The translations under genes and the position numbers were made by a program. Positions 61,465 to 64,000 of a DNA stretch of 64,000 nucleotides are shown here, one piece after another. The stretch comes from Takakia lepidozioides. Lineage: Eukaryota; Plantae; Bryophyta. The number at the start of each line of letters is the position of its first letter. The stretch's first letter is position 1. The notes beneath the pieces are model-generated. The model had not been told where the DNA came from. It was given only the letters and a program-made list of their open reading frames with translations, and made no database searches. Where the stretch lies: the NCBI GenBank assembly GCA_030704615.1, contig CM060732.1, positions 59,644,001 to 59,708,000 of the forward strand, in the 5' to 3' direction.

Positions 61465-64000
61465 TGGACGGGCGCCGTCCCTTAGGAGAGGTGGACCGAA
61501 GTTGTTTCGCACGGTTGGTCCATGCCTTCGCCGGCCTGATGACGGCACCATACGTCATCGTGGTGCTAGGGAGCTATTGACGATGGGAGTCCAACCCCAT
61601 TTCTACCAATGTCTTGTGCTTTGTCCAGTTCCGATTCCCGAGGGTGAGCCCTTTCTTTTTTGGGGTCGCATGTATTGCGTGAGGCAATGGACCCTAGTAT
61701 GGGTCGCGGATTTTTTTTGATGGAGGATGTAGTTTTGGGGGGGAAGGAGAGGATTATGTGGATTTGTTCCTTTATTTTGGGCCGAGGTACACCCACCGGG
61801 AGTGGCAATTATTGCAGACACACAGCCTTGGGTCCTTGATCCATCCTTACATCCTTGTTGTGAACGACATGATGTAAGGGCGAGAAATTTGTTGGGCCGC
61901 AAGCCCATTTTATTGTGACGGAAACCCCCGATGTGTACGGCAATGTGGCTGGGCTCATCAACATTCAGTTACCTTACCGCCGGGCCACACCGCCAACGTG
62001 TTTTGGGATTGAGTGCCATGACGGGGATAGTAGATTGGACCCTAATATCACCACTTTTGTGATAACATGTGCAAGGAGGACTATTACGGCTGGATTGGAG
62101 CCAATAAATGAATAACCGCATAGCCACCATCACCCAATTGTCACCCTGCCGTCGCGCGTCACACAACGGTTGCACGAACGGAAAATAGAAAACCAAAAGG
62201 AAAAAACCAATACATATAGTCACCGTCACCGAGAGGTCGCCCGAACTATGAAAAAAACAATTAAATTTTTTTTTTATAAAAAAAAAACATTAACTATATC
62301 GCCCCGGAGTCACCTCGCCGTCGCCGTCGCCCAAACCCCAAAATAAATAATAAATTAACTAAATTAAAAAAATAAAAAGTATGGCCATTGTTGCCCGATG
62401 GTCTCTGCGATCGTATGAACAAAAACAAATTAACTAAATAACCAAAAACACATATGGCCACCGTTGCCCCGCGGTCGTCCAACCATTGTCATCGCCCAGC
62501 GATACTCTGAATATATTGCTCCGAATATATTTAAAGAAACAAAAAAATTAAAATGTCATATTCGCCCCGACGGCCCGCCTTGCATTTGTTCGAACCAAAA
62601 AATAAAATAAAAAATGACATATGGCCACCGTTGCCCCGCGTTTGTCCAACCGTTGCCATCCGAATATATTTAAAGAAACAAAAAAAAAAAAATGTCATAT
62701 TCGTCCAACGGTCGCCCAGTATTTGTCCGGAAAAAAAAAAAAAAAAAAAAAAAAACACCCACTGTCGCCGGAGCCGGACTATCACCTAACAGGTCATTTG
62801 CGAAAACCAAAGAAAACCCCAAAAAAAAAAATGTCATGTGTACATTACACGTAGGCCGCCACCTTGACAATGAGATAAGTTTGATCCCGTGAAAGTAAAA
62901 TAGTAAAAAAATATTACTCCACGTAAATCAGTTTAGGACGTGACGCTGACGTGTTTGCACTACGTCACATCTACAACCTCCACCTCTGATACTGACCCTT
63001 GTTGCGAGGACTCGTAGGGCGAGATAGAATGGTGTACTTCATGTTCATATCAAACTGGTTATAATCATCCAAATTAACAACACGGCCAGTGTACGGCATC
63101 TTCCCACTTCCATCAATAGCCCCTAGTATTCCAGCTGTTTTGGATGTGCAATCCCACGGCTTGTCACATTTGTCATAGAAGAGCAACACAGTTGGTACTC
63201 CTCCAAAAGTCTTCACAATTTTTTTTTATTTTTTATTTTTTTTGTAATATTTTTTCATGTTGTTATGTTTGGGGCGCATCTGGTTCTTGGCAGTCTTGCC
63301 AGTCCGTTGATAGAACTCCTTCACAAAATCCTGTCAATGACTCTGTCTGAAATTCCTTTTTTTTGTATGCACGTACTTGTTAGCCAAATATCCAAAAAAT
63401 TATCCACCATGATATCGTTCCAAATCAGACTTGGAACTTTAGCAATTGTTGGAGATGTATTGGACGATGTCATTTTAAACATGCACAATCAAACCATGAA
63501 CATTTCATAGTGGCTCATCTACCTTAGTACCATTTTTATGCCTCACTTGCTACACTAGGTCTAAATTGCACAAAATAAACAAAACATATAGTTTTTTTAG
63601 GGTGAATGAAGTGACATAGTGTCTCTTTGTACACTTAGACATATCTCAGTCACAACTAACTCAAATTCAGTGAGCAAGGATGCTACAGACTCATGAGACC
63701 ATGCCCCACATGTTGCACATTTGAACTACACAAAAAAACATGCTTTATATTTTTTTATGGTGACTAAAGTATCATTTTTACGTTTCGAGAGGCCTCTTTG
63801 CAAATTTGGGCATATCTCGGTCATAGTACACGAAAAGAAGCATGGTCCAATTTTTCTAGGGTGGCTGAACTTACATTTCTTGGTTTCGTAAAGCCTCATC
63901 GTTTCTTTAGGCATATCTTGGCAGAACTCACTCAAATTGAGTGAGTGATGTTGCTACATGCCCATCATAAGAGCATGCCCCACACTCTACAGATCTGAAC

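Noticed and set aside
62971-63510. Possible Myb/SANT-like or other transposon ORF remnants on minus
   Set aside because: Only a weak W-x-D...FLDIW resemblance with stops; cannot be supported without a search

Overview
Land-plant nuclear DNA; the PPR and transposon styles suggest a non-seed plant, but the species cannot be determined. A central island (~3.1-29.4 kb) holds two intact spliced genes: a 5-exon pectin methylesterase (+, 14044-16514) and a 2-exon Root_cap/LEA-related secreted protein (-, 20144-18920). It also holds a deleted L1-like LINE, tandem repeats, a Tc1/mariner MITE and a broken MULE transposase. A young chromodomain Ty3/gypsy element (29449-36368, TSD GTTTG) follows. Most of the rest (1-3062 and 29.4-64 kb) is a mosaic of CACTA/En-Spm pieces (at least four terminal types; Transposase_21, DUF4218, DUF4216 and TnpA-like coding fragments). 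These are interleaved with many scrambled copies of what appears to be one host gene. After splicing, that gene reads as tandem OSB-type PDF ssDNA-binding motifs (LWNEYFSDPSQWWDNRGKK^IHPRGPDFKHKITYDSLW) fused to a PLS-class PPR tract. Main observations: (i) the PDF-PPR fusion architecture; (ii) a 1.2-kb inverted duplication whose homology stops exactly at a CACTA terminus, indicating the fragments travel as CACTA cargo; (iii) two ~1.25-1.3 kb reciprocal inversions, each breaking once in a CACTA transposase and once in the PPR/PDF cargo, which restore both partners when re-inverted. All alignments were done by eye and domain names come from motif recognition, not database searches.
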